IMG/VR virus record: IMGVR_UViG_3300017991_000049
Coordinates: 1 to 64,000 of that record
From: a virus
Direction: 5' to 3' (one strand)
DNA: 64,000 bases
Shown: positions 33,465-42,190 of the stretch, piece by piece
How positions within the stretch are numbered: the first letter of the stretch is position 1
Layout of the letters: every line of letters starts with the position of its first letter
The notes under the pieces: generated by a model
Database searches by the model: none
What the model saw: only the letters and a program-made list of their open reading frames with translations
What the model was told of the DNA's origin: nothing
Made by a program: the position numbers and the translations under genes

Positions 33465-34352
33465 CTATCGGCGTCCGCCCGGCTGAGCGTTTGCCTGCGT
33501 CTCAATCGACTGCTGCAGCGTGGCCAGGGCCTGACGCTGCGAGGAGGCCTCGACAGCCGACGTGGCGATACCGCGGGCATCCTCGCGCGCTGTGGCGAGT
33601 TGTGCCTCGACGTTCTCCAGCTGCTTCTCCAGTGCGCCAATACGGGCCATCAGCGCCTGCTGTTCGGCGTTCGCCAGCTGCGCTGCGGCTTCGGCGTCCT
33701 TCTTGAGCATGGCCTTCTCGTGGGAGAACGCCTGGCCCAGCGACTTGGTGACCTCGGCCTTGGCCGTCTCGACGGCCTCCTCGATCTCGGCCGGGAGGTT
33801 CTCGACCTGAGCCTCGAGATCGGTCATCTTCGTTTCGCGCTCTTCCACGGCCTCGATGCGCTCGGCCAGGGACTTGGAAACGTCTTCCATGCGGATGCGC
33901 TCCTTGCGCTGCCGCTCCTCAGACTCCGCTTCGAACGCCGTGCGTGCGCGGTCGTTGCGCTGCTGCCGATCGTAATCGTGCTGCTCCTGTTCGCGAGCCC
34001 ACGCTTCGTCGCGCTCGGCCTGCTCGTCCTGCCACTCCTTGCGGCGCTTCCGAGACTTGTCCTTCGCGTCTTCCTCGGCCTCGTCGACCTTCTTCTTGAT
34101 CTCGTCGAGGGTGTCTGCCTGAACCTCGATGTCGTGGATGTCCGCCAACTCCTCTTTCCGCGCCCCAATGGCCGTTTCCAGATTGCGAAGCTCCTCGATT
34201 TTCTCGGTCATGGTGACGCCAAGCGCGGCCAACGTACCTTGCACGTTGGTCTGTACAGTTCCGACCTGGTCAAGCACTTTCTTGACGTCGGATTCCGACA
34301 CGGCCTTGAGAGCCGCGTCCACGTCGGTTTTCTTGCGACGTGTTGCTGCCAT
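33465..34352 (-). CDS. coiled-coil protein (295 aa), highly charged E/K/R/A-rich
   Basis: Heptad-like charged repeats throughout (EELADIHDIEVQADTLDEIKKKVDEAEEDAKDKSRKRRKEWQDEQAERDEAWAREQ...). Confidence 0.55.
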   Translation of the reverse strand: MAATRRKKTDVDAALKAVSESDVKKVLDQVGTVQTNVQGTLAALGVTMTEKIEELRNLETAIGARKEELADIHDIEVQADTLDEIKKKVDEAEEDAKDKSRKRRKEWQDEQAERDEAWAREQEQHDYDRQQRNDRARTAFEAESEERQRKERIRMEDVSKSLAERIEAVEERETKMTDLEAQVENLPAEIEEAVETAKAEVTKSLGQAFSHEKAMLKKDAEAAAQLANAEQQALMARIGALEKQLENVEAQLATAREDARGIATSAVEASSQRQALATLQQSIETQANAQPGGRR

Positions 34353-34373
34353 GCAACATTCTCCTATAGAGAC

Positions 34374-34400
34374 GAAAAAAGGCGCCCGACGTGGGCGCCT
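34374..34400 (-). terminator. strong rho-independent terminator 3' of the tRNA-Met-like gene
   Basis: Minus-strand RNA GGCGCCCACGUCGGGCGCC followed by UUUUUU. Confidence 0.7.
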
Positions 34401-34405
34401 AAAAT

Positions 34406-34477
34406 GGGGGAGACAGGATTCGAACCTGCGGTCTTCGGCGTATGAAACCGACGGGGACGGCCGCTCCCCTACTCCCC
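34406..34477 (-). tRNA. tRNA with anticodon CAT (Met/Ile2-like), 5-bp D-stem
   Basis: Acceptor GGGGAG/CUCCCC 6 bp. D-arm GGGGA-GCGGCCG-UCCCC. Anticodon stem UCGGU/GCCGA, loop UUCAUAC. T-arm GCAGGUUCGAAUCCUGU. Confidence 0.55.
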
Positions 34478-34493
34478 GATATGTTCTGTTACT

Positions 34494-34784
34494 CTACCCG
34501 CGATCTTTGTCGTCGTCAAGCGTCTTTCGGGCAGATTTGGGCACCATAGCCATGAAATTCTCGATGCGCCCGAGTATGCCTTTGATATGGCCAGCCTGCT
34601 CGAGCGTGACATTGTGGATGGTCTCCCAGCGTGCGATGCCACGCAGCTCCTTAACGGCGTTCATCGACTCGTAGACGAATCTGTCGGCCTCCTTCTCGAT
34701 AGGGATATAGGCCAGCAAGGATTCGAGATCGTCGAGTTTTTGTAGGGCTACGGCGCACAGCTTGGCCATTTTCTTGGCATTCAT
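34494..34784 (-). CDS. hypothetical protein (96 aa)
   Basis: ORF; start overlaps the stop of the upstream gene by 4 nt. Confidence 0.5.
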   Translation of the reverse strand: MNAKKMAKLCAVALQKLDDLESLLAYIPIEKEADRFVYESMNAVKELRGIARWETIHNVTLEQAGHIKGILGRIENFMAMVPKSARKTLDDDKDRG

Positions 34785-37567
34785 CGCTCACCTCCAATCA
34801 CCGTGAGTTGGCGTCGGGAAGAACGACATCGTTCGATTTGCTTATTCCACCAAGAGTCTATGATGAACCACCCAATGTCTCCATTATATTCGCATTCGCA
34901 GTCGAGCGCATTGCCCATTTTGAATGCGTCGGTGACCTTGCCCGGGTCCGCAAGCGCTAAATTTCGTTTGAGAAGCGCGTGGTCCAGGACCGTTCGGGAC
35001 AGGAAAACACTAGGAGCGCGGTCCGCCTCGGCTATCCGTATGATCGTTGGCATCTTGTACTTATGTGCTTCTTCGGCGTGGCAGAAGCGCACCGCGCCGT
35101 CTTCGATGAAGCTGTACAGCAGTTGCACAAGCTGGCCGGCCCGACACGTTTCTGAGTCGGAACCGTCGTCGATCAGACGCACACCTTCGTGTACCACCTG
35201 CGGATCACCCAGCCTGGACATCATCTCGGTCATGCTATCAGCGACACCATAAATGTGCTCGCGACACCCGGCCAGGCGCAACTTGTCCACGCACAACCAC
35301 TTGAGCCACAGCGGCAATACCAGCGGGCCGTACATACTGATTTCGGGACCAGGCTGTATCGGACTTTCGTCCTGGATGAAGCGCCAGGCGTCCAGCGTAC
35401 CCGCCAGCCGCGCCCATGGCTCCGTCATATGGACGATCGTATTGCGCGTGTAGTCGCCGTTGAACAGTGTGCTCATCAGGCGCCGCGACGCTGCGCTGGC
35501 GTCGAGGTTGAGGATCAGTGGCCAGTTGTGCTGCTGCAGGATATCCTCGATCTTGTGGGCCGTACGGGTGCTATCCATGCTCTTGTGCCCACCGATACGA
35601 AACTCTTGACAACCACTTGCCCGGGCGCTCGCACGCCCAACCATCAGCGCTCCGTGTCCAATCAGTCCGAGTCCGGATATTCTCCGGCCCGTCGCGGGTG
35701 CTACTATGTTTGCACCAAGGCAGACCGTGGACGCCCAGAACAAGCGGTTTGCAGGCGTATCGCGCAATAACGGCACGATTTTCGATGGGGTAGCGGGAGC
35801 GCCCAGGTTTTTGCCTGGCGCCCACTCATCAACGACGTGTGAGGGATCGTCGACGACTTCGCCACCTACGTGTATCGAAAACTGCGGTAGCGCGAAACAA
35901 GAATCCTTCGGTTTCCATCCGAATTTTCCGTCCTCCTTGATTACTTCTGGCTCGTGGAATTGCCGCGCGATGTCTAGCAGATATGCGTTCCACCCGCGCT
36001 TAACAACCACCAGCTTACCTGCGGCGGCGAGCAGCTTCTTGCGAAGCCAAACGCCTGGGTTTTTGTCGATGGTGTCCATTGCTTCCTGGAATGGATACTC
36101 ATCACCCTTATATAGAATGCGGCCGTTGCAGTACACATCAGCGTCCGGGTCGTCAGTGCATAACACCTTCTCGATCCTGATGATCGCGTTGGAGATGCAC
36201 TCGCTCGCCTCAGACTTGACCGACATGTACCAACCTTCGTCCGACTCTATAACCTCTTTGCCGTTGATCCGTGCTGTACCAACCAGCCGGACCCTACGTT
36301 TGTTACGATCGATTAGCTGTTTGATATCGTCTGCGCACGTGGCGACGAACGACTGCATTTGCTCTGGGGCAATCTCCAACCGGCCCAGCAGGGCCACAGC
36401 CTTGTCTTCTGGCAGCGTGCGCAAGGCGTGCTCCAGCGAGGCTGTCCAGTGTACGGCGTTCTTGTGAATCAAGTTCAGCCATACGTGCGGAGGCTTACGT
36501 CCCAGATATGTAGGTGTCTTGCTGATGCAGATCATCCCGTCGGCACGGGCTGCCATGTTGAACAGGTCTGCCGTCAGCGTAGCGCCCCAGAACGTGAAGT
36601 GCTTGTCCGGCCGCGTACGCCAGATGTCGTGTGCGACCAGCTCGCAGAGGCGTGTGATGCGCTTCACCTTGGCGTTGTACGTCCCCACCACAGGTAGGGG
36701 GAGATCTGACTCCCGCATGTGCCGTGCCTGCAGCTTCAGCGCATGGACCGGGTCGTTGAACACGAAGATACGGTCACCGAAACGATCCCGGTGTGCAGTC
36801 TGCGAATCCAGCACGTCGTACATACACAGACCAGACTCCACTTGCGGCCTGTTCGACCCCTCGCCGTCGATAATGTGGTAGGCGTAGTCCGTGTCGCGCC
36901 TGCCCTGCCGCCCGATGAATAGCCAGCCCGAGCATTGCCCGGGCAGCGTATGGAACGGAATGGTAAGCACGTCACGCCAGCCTTTGCCCTTGAAGAATCG
37001 TGCGCCCTTCTTCATCTTGTGCCAGTCGTCGTGCGGTTTGAAGAAGGTCTGGTAGACCCTGAGCCGGTCAGCCCCGCCCATAAACCGGCCCATACGTTTC
37101 GGCCAGTAGGGCTTCAGCTGGTCCGCTGGCAGCCCTGTTTGCTGCAATATGAAGTTGACCTTCACGTGCCCCTCGCTGATAGCCTCGCGAGCATCGTCGA
37201 GCAGCTTGACGCAGTTCTCCTGCATCCCGAGCACCTGCTTCTCGTACTTCGCCACGAACTCTGGCGCAGACCGTTCTTCAGGGATCGTACAGCCCGCGGT
37301 CACAAGCTTGCGCACCGCCAGCTGTATGGAGCAGTCCCAGTGGCTTGCTGCCAGTGATATCATGTCCCCTTTGGAATGACAGTCGGGACAGTGGTGCCAA
37401 TTACCGCCGAACCTGGTATCATTGAATACAGTCAACCGGCGCCCGTGGCACAACGGGCATTCGGTCAACAGCGGTATAGGTCCCTCGCGCGTCGTGACGC
37501 CTAATAGCGGCAGCACTTGATGGTAGTCGACGTGGCTGTTTAGCGATCTGCGCTTCTGGGACATCAC
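34781..37567 (-). CDS. large protein (928 aa) with N-terminal CHC2-like zinc finger (possible primase-like replication protein)
   Basis: CPLCHG...HHCPDCH near the N-terminus resembles primase-type zinc ribbons. No Walker motif recognised. Confidence 0.5.
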   Translation of the reverse strand: MMSQKRRSLNSHVDYHQVLPLLGVTTREGPIPLLTECPLCHGRRLTVFNDTRFGGNWHHCPDCHSKGDMISLAASHWDCSIQLAVRKLVTAGCTIPEERSAPEFVAKYEKQVLGMQENCVKLLDDAREAISEGHVKVNFILQQTGLPADQLKPYWPKRMGRFMGGADRLRVYQTFFKPHDDWHKMKKGARFFKGKGWRDVLTIPFHTLPGQCSGWLFIGRQGRRDTDYAYHIIDGEGSNRPQVESGLCMYDVLDSQTAHRDRFGDRIFVFNDPVHALKLQARHMRESDLPLPVVGTYNAKVKRITRLCELVAHDIWRTRPDKHFTFWGATLTADLFNMAARADGMICISKTPTYLGRKPPHVWLNLIHKNAVHWTASLEHALRTLPEDKAVALLGRLEIAPEQMQSFVATCADDIKQLIDRNKRRVRLVGTARINGKEVIESDEGWYMSVKSEASECISNAIIRIEKVLCTDDPDADVYCNGRILYKGDEYPFQEAMDTIDKNPGVWLRKKLLAAAGKLVVVKRGWNAYLLDIARQFHEPEVIKEDGKFGWKPKDSCFALPQFSIHVGGEVVDDPSHVVDEWAPGKNLGAPATPSKIVPLLRDTPANRLFWASTVCLGANIVAPATGRRISGLGLIGHGALMVGRASARASGCQEFRIGGHKSMDSTRTAHKIEDILQQHNWPLILNLDASAASRRLMSTLFNGDYTRNTIVHMTEPWARLAGTLDAWRFIQDESPIQPGPEISMYGPLVLPLWLKWLCVDKLRLAGCREHIYGVADSMTEMMSRLGDPQVVHEGVRLIDDGSDSETCRAGQLVQLLYSFIEDGAVRFCHAEEAHKYKMPTIIRIAEADRAPSVFLSRTVLDHALLKRNLALADPGKVTDAFKMGNALDCECEYNGDIGWFIIDSWWNKQIERCRSSRRQLTVIGGER

Positions 37568-37592
37568 AACCTCCGGTACAGGAACCTGAACT

Positions 37593-38816
37593 ATGTCTAC
37601 CGTACACGATCAGACCGTCGATTTGAATGGCCAAGAGCTGCATCGCATCCTCTCTATCTACCCGCTCCCGGACTTCGTGAAGAACGCGAGCCGGCAGGAT
37701 GTTTGCGGTGACGACACGCTCCCGCCACATCTGTTTGCCGATATTACTCGTCGGCGCTACCCGATCCACTCTGGCCCGGCCACCGTCATCTCGTCCGTGT
37801 TCTTCCAGGAGAAGAAGGCCGCGATGAACCCGCATCAGGCCGCCCTGATCGAGAGCAAACTGGACAAGGCCGCCGAATACTTCAAGGTGGGCGGCTACAT
37901 CCGCCGGCTTACCGAGAAGGTCGCTGAGGCCGCCACGTATGACGAGACTGCGCTACAGGATGGAACATTCGCCATCGTGTTCGAGCGCGCTGACGGGACC
38001 AAGGAGCGCCACTACCCGATGCGCAACGTCCCGGAAGTGAAGACAGCGGCCGTCTGGTTGCGCGACCACCGCGACGAGCTGCCCTTCGAGGACCGTCGGC
38101 AGATCGCCAACAAGATCCTCGAGAAGGCTGCAGAGTTCGGCGCAGGGTTGCCCGAGCACCGATACATGCTGGAGAAAACGGCTGGTCTCGGCGCGTGCTC
38201 CGGGAAAGACGCAGCCAAACTGATCCGCACGCGTATTTTCGCTGCAGGCAGCACGCACCGGCCGAGCCAGGTCCAGCAGGAGCTGGAGAAGCTGGCCAAG
38301 CTGTGCGAGGAGAGCCCGCAGGCTATTCATCATTTCTCCTCCCTGACGAAGATCGCGTCGATCGTGGATCAGTTCGACCACGAGCACGGCCTTCAGGGCA
38401 AGTACGATGACGTCATCGAGCGCCCGGAGGATGTGTTGTTCGCCGTCACCGCAAAGGCAGCGGCTGATGTCGACGATGACATCGTTGGGAACGTGCTGAC
38501 CGGCAACTACTACAAGAAGGCCGATCTGCAGACCCTTCCGATCAGGGACCTGGCCGACAACCTGGGCGACGATTTCGCACAGGAAGTCAGCACGGCAGGC
38601 GCCTGGGTCGACATCGAGAAGCTGGCGAGCATCGTGCCGACGCTGCCGCTCGGAGACGCCGAGCTGTTCGACGAGGTCGCATCCGCGGCTGGCGTAACGC
38701 CGTTCGCCACGAAGTCAGCCTCCGTCGGAATGTCGATCTCGGCAGCAGAGCAGATCGCTATGAGCAACCAGCACAAGGCTGCGCCTGGTAGCCTGTGGGC
38801 ACGCGCCAAGCGCTAA
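37593..38816 (+). CDS. hypothetical protein (407 aa); only substantial plus-strand gene apart from terL
   Basis: Long ORF with plausible composition, flanked by minus-strand genes. Confidence 0.55.
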   Translation: MSTVHDQTVDLNGQELHRILSIYPLPDFVKNASRQDVCGDDTLPPHLFADITRRRYPIHSGPATVISSVFFQEKKAAMNPHQAALIESKLDKAAEYFKVGGYIRRLTEKVAEAATYDETALQDGTFAIVFERADGTKERHYPMRNVPEVKTAAVWLRDHRDELPFEDRRQIANKILEKAAEFGAGLPEHRYMLEKTAGLGACSGKDAAKLIRTRIFAAGSTHRPSQVQQELEKLAKLCEESPQAIHHFSSLTKIASIVDQFDHEHGLQGKYDDVIERPEDVLFAVTAKAAADVDDDIVGNVLTGNYYKKADLQTLPIRDLADNLGDDFAQEVSTAGAWVDIEKLASIVPTLPLGDAELFDEVASAAGVTPFATKSASVGMSISAAEQIAMSNQHKAAPGSLWARAKR

Positions 38817-39085
38817 TCGTCCTCGACGGCTGATCCGTACTCAACGCGGGGCTCGGCGAATTGGATTCGGGACATTGTGGCGCGCCGCATAAGCTCGCCG
38901 ATAGCCTCTATCCAGTCGGCCTCGCTTGGCTCGCCCGGCATCTCCACTGGGCCGATGCAGTTGTACGTATGCGCGTAGCAGTCGTCGATGTGCGCCTGGG
39001 CCTCCTCCTCCGTATCGAACGTCGAAGGATACCATTCGGTCGACGCACCGCCTTGTTGCACTACGATGTAGATATGGTCACTCAT
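38813..39085 (-). CDS. hypothetical acidic protein (90 aa)
   Basis: ORF; stop overlaps the stop of the plus-strand gene. Confidence 0.45.
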   Translation of the reverse strand: MSDHIYIVVQQGGASTEWYPSTFDTEEEAQAHIDDCYAHTYNCIGPVEMPGEPSEADWIEAIGELMRRATMSRIQFAEPRVEYGSAVEDD

Positions 39086-39369
39086 AATTTCAACCTCTCA
39101 TCGCGGACAGTGGGCGCTGGAGGCACACGATGGCACGGCGAGGCCTCTATGGCCTTCATATTGGCCAGCTTCTCCTCCAGCTTTTTGATCACATGATCAA
39201 TATGTTCACGGCACATCCGTGCGCACTCTTCCTCAGAGGTGCACCACTTGTTCGCACCCTTATACATGCGGGTCACGCCGCCGCGTTCCTTTAGGAACAG
39301 GCAGTGCTTCGTCTCGTGGTCCAAGTGGTACACCTCTACGCGCGGCGCACCCATGTGCGACGCATACAT
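39082..39369 (-). CDS. hypothetical Cys-containing protein (about 95 aa)
   Basis: Start at MYASHMG. Upstream ORF codons are an off-frame read of the acidic-repeat gene. Contains a translated variant of the TTGATC motif (HIDHVIK). Confidence 0.4.
   Translation of the reverse strand: MYASHMGAPRVEVYHLDHETKHCLFLKERGGVTRMYKGANKWCTSEEECARMCREHIDHVIKKLEEKLANMKAIEASPCHRVPPAPTVRDERLKL
39185..39200. promoter_or_regulatory. variant motif TTGATCACATGATCAA, copy 4 (inside the CDS 39082-39369, encoding IDHVIK)
   Basis: Seen directly. Confidence 0.4.
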
Positions 39370-39391
39370 GACGTAGATGCGGGTCGGTTCG

Positions 39392-39586
39392 TCAGTCGTA
39401 CTCGTCGTCGAAGTCATCCTCGTCCTCGTCGTCGAAGTCGTCGTCCCAATCGTCGTCGAAGTCGTCGTCTTCGTCGTCGTCCCAGTCGTCATCATCATCG
39501 TCCGGGTCCACGTCGAAGTCGTCCTCTAGCTCGAAGTCGTCGTCAAGCCTCGGGGACGTTGTGGGTGGGTCTAGGGTCATCGGCAT
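39392..39586 (-). CDS. extremely acidic Asp/Glu-rich small protein (possible DNA mimic)
   Basis: Start at MPMTLDPP, then about 45 residues that are almost all D/E with W/F spacers. Confidence 0.45.
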   Translation of the reverse strand: MPMTLDPPTTSPRLDDDFELEDDFDVDPDDDDDDWDDDEDDDFDDDWDDDFDDEDEDDFDDEYD

Positions 39587-39809
39587 TTTGAATCTCCTTG
39601 AATTCCCTGGGCAGCCTGGCAAAGGTTCGGAGCGCGAATAACACCAACAGCGCCAAGGCCGTGTGTGTACACGTCTTGTCGCTGCCCGCAATCCACAAAC
39701 CGACCTGAACACCAAACAACCCAATCGTTGCCAGAATGAGCAGCAGGGACTGTATGACAGGCACCGTACATAGCTCACCGATTATCGAAAGCGTTTTCGG
39801 GGGCTGCAT
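39543..39809 (-). CDS. small membrane protein (2 TM)
   Basis: 88 aa. TM segments LLLILATIGLFGVQVGLWIAG and ALALLVLFALRTFA. Confidence 0.4.
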   Translation of the reverse strand: MQPPKTLSIIGELCTVPVIQSLLLILATIGLFGVQVGLWIAGSDKTCTHTALALLVLFALRTFARLPREFKEIQNADDPRPTHNVPEA

Positions 39810-39819
39810 GGCGCCCTCC

Positions 39820-40359
39820 TTACGAATCAGAGATGAACCCGCGATGCTCGTGGAGCATCTCGGTCACGGGTAGTATTTCTTCAAGACCAGCCAGTTGGCG
39901 CTTCATCCTGCGGTCGTAGAGTACCACGTTCACAGCAGCTGCCAGGTTCAGGCAGTGGGCGGCCGGTATGGCCAGGAACCGGTGACAATGACGCAGAGTG
40001 ACAGAACCTAGGCTGCCGTCCTCCGGACCGAACACGTAGAGCGCGTTCTCCGGATGTTCAAAGGTCGTAAGCAGCTCGGACGACTTGTTCAGCTCGACAG
40101 CCACTGGCGTAACATCGCCGTTGTACCTGTCGAAGAACCGGTCATCGTTGATGATCTGTACGTCCTTGTAGCCTTTCATGCGCTCTTCGCGCGGAAGGCG
40201 ATAACCCTCATGCGGCTCAAGGGGCACACGGTCCCCTGTGAACCACAATTGGGTTGCGCCAAAACAGGAGCACGCACGAAGCGTGGATCCCACGTTATGC
40301 GGAAACTTCGGCCGGATCAGCGCAACTGCCGGCGTCACTCCCTTCGGAGGGCGCTTCAT
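39820..40359 (-). CDS. SpoU/TrmH-family RNA 2'-O-methyltransferase (SPOUT)
   Basis: 179 aa. Motif 1 PHNVGSTLRACSCFG, motif 2 YVFGPEDGSL, motif 3 IPAAHCLNLAAAVNVVLYD. Confidence 0.8.
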   Translation of the reverse strand: MKRPPKGVTPAVALIRPKFPHNVGSTLRACSCFGATQLWFTGDRVPLEPHEGYRLPREERMKGYKDVQIINDDRFFDRYNGDVTPVAVELNKSSELLTTFEHPENALYVFGPEDGSLGSVTLRHCHRFLAIPAAHCLNLAAAVNVVLYDRRMKRQLAGLEEILPVTEMLHEHRGFISDS

Positions 40360-41164
40360 CGTTTACCTCGTTGTCCGTGGTGGCCATGGCCGCAACAGCT
40401 CGGCCTTCCTGCTCAAGCTGCGCCCGCTCCGTTGCCGACAACGGGGTGTGTACTGGCAGCGTGCACGCCGCATCGATCAGCTGAATCGCCAACCTGACGT
40501 TCTCATCGACGGGCGGGTTGCATCCGGGATGCGTATCACCGGCCATAGCCAACACTGAGAAATGCGACTCTCCGCTCAGCATGTACCGATAAGCGTAGCG
40601 GATCGCGTCCACGGCGGCTGGGATCGCCAGCGTCGGCAGCTGTGTGTTGACCAGCGTGCTCCACGGGTATTGGAGCGGCCGGCCGCCTGGTGACAGCAAT
40701 GTGCGCATGCCGGCAAACGACATGTTACGGCGGGCGTCGCCCTCCCATGGCGCTGTGCGGAACAGCATGTGTGCGGCGATTTTGCCCGGCACACGGATGG
40801 CACGCAAAGCAGCCACCGTCTTACCGAGATTCTTGTTCCACGGGTCCGTCGGATGCCGCACGGCGCCGCCAACGTGGATCGACGGCGTGCCTGTGGCGTT
40901 TTCAATGTCGGACTGCAAGAAGAACGCCAGGCCGGCCGTAATCTTCACGGTGGTGCGCCCACGGCCGCTGGGCATCAGGCCGTTGATATTATCGAATTTG
41001 CCCAACGGCGCGCTATAGACGGGCTGCATGTACCGGATGAACAAATGCTTGCCGAACGACTTCTCCTCGACGTGCGCTAGCGCCCGGCGGCACAACTCCG
41101 TAATGTCCGCCTTTGTCTTGGCAGTCTCCAAGCCGGTACGGACGATTTCACCTAGATCCGTCAT
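40295..41164 (-). CDS. hypothetical protein (289 aa); a TGT/DpdA-like fold is speculative
   Basis: ORF adjacent to the SpoU methyltransferase; no confident motif match. Confidence 0.5.
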   Translation of the reverse strand: MTDLGEIVRTGLETAKTKADITELCRRALAHVEEKSFGKHLFIRYMQPVYSAPLGKFDNINGLMPSGRGRTTVKITAGLAFFLQSDIENATGTPSIHVGGAVRHPTDPWNKNLGKTVAALRAIRVPGKIAAHMLFRTAPWEGDARRNMSFAGMRTLLSPGGRPLQYPWSTLVNTQLPTLAIPAAVDAIRYAYRYMLSGESHFSVLAMAGDTHPGCNPPVDENVRLAIQLIDAACTLPVHTPLSATERAQLEQEGRAVAAMATTDNEVNDEAPSEGSDAGSCADPAEVSA

Positions 41165-41251
41165 GGATCTGACCTCCTTATTCGTAGTGAAAACCCGCCG
41201 CCCCGAAGGGGCGACGGGCCACCGTGCGGGTTCAGGACACGGATGAGTGTG

Positions 41252-42190
41252 TTACTGAGTCGCGGGCGCGTGTCGAATGGTTTCGATCGACTCCCGCATC
41301 ATAGCGGTGTTCATCGTGGCCTGGTTGATCGCCTCGTAAGGCATAATGAAGACCACGTTGTTCTCGCCCTTGGCCATTTCGGTGGAGACGTTTTCCATCA
41401 CCTCCATCTGGCGCCACGATAAGTACGATGGCGTCAGCGACTTGGCCAAGATACCGTTTTCGTCCGCCTGGGCTTGCGCCCGGATCATACGGACTTTTGC
41501 CAATTCCGTTTCTATTCCGGCCCGCCGTTGTGCTTCCGCCATTTCGGCCTCAGCCAGGGCTGCCTTCCGTTGATCTTCCAGCTCGGCATTCTTGATAGCG
41601 TTCCGTTGCTGGATAACGACCGGCGGATAGTCGATGTTGGAGACCAACACCGCCGATACGTTCAGCGGGTACTTCAGCGCGGTCAGTCGTTTGCGTACGT
41701 CCGCCGATAGATCCGCCTCGATCTTCAATCTGTTAGGCCGGATGTCATCGGTTTCGTACGTGCTAACGATATTGCGCGTTGACGATCGAATGATGTCCCG
41801 AACGGTCATCTCGTAGAACTTGTCCAGAGACAGCTCGTGTCCGGCTACCTCAGAGCCGTCTGCTGTCTTAATCGCCGGAACTTTCTCCTTGATGAACTCG
41901 ATCGAATCTTTGTCGACCTGGAACGACAGCACGGCCTTCGTGTCGACGTCCATGTTGATATCGTCCGTACAGAGAATCTTCAGCGTCTCCTTGTACGACT
42001 TCAACTTCTGGTCAACGAAGTACAGCCGATCGCGGCCGTAGGCCTTGTACACGCCCTCGCTGACGATGGTGCTCTCACCGCTTGGGTGGAGGATGATCAC
42101 CTTCTTTCCAGGAGGCACGACGCTTCCCATGCACCCGGTCAGTGTCATCACGAAACACGCCAACAAGCTAATCAGAATCAACCTCTTCAT
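41252..42190 (-). CDS. SPFH/band-7 (stomatin/prohibitin-like) lipoprotein
   Basis: Lipobox LTGC after the signal peptide MKRLILISLLACFVMTLTGC. Central SPFH-like region and Ala/Glu-rich coiled coil (AALAEAEMAEAQRRAGIETELAKVRMIRAQAQADENG). Confidence 0.65.
   Translation of the reverse strand: MKRLILISLLACFVMTLTGCMGSVVPPGKKVIILHPSGESTIVSEGVYKAYGRDRLYFVDQKLKSYKETLKILCTDDINMDVDTKAVLSFQVDKDSIEFIKEKVPAIKTADGSEVAGHELSLDKFYEMTVRDIIRSSTRNIVSTYETDDIRPNRLKIEADLSADVRKRLTALKYPLNVSAVLVSNIDYPPVVIQQRNAIKNAELEDQRKAALAEAEMAEAQRRAGIETELAKVRMIRAQAQADENGILAKSLTPSYLSWRQMEVMENVSTEMAKGENNVVFIMPYEAINQATMNTAMMRESIETIRHAPATQ

Noticed and set aside
33369-34445. 358-aa plus-strand ORF antisense to the coiled-coil gene
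   Set aside because: Leu/Arg/Gly-rich low-complexity product. It runs across an intrinsic terminator and a tRNA.
40295-41164. Calling the 289-aa protein a DpdA/TGT-family transglycosylase
   Set aside because: No conserved TGT catalytic or zinc-binding motifs could be matched by eye. Kept as hypothetical.
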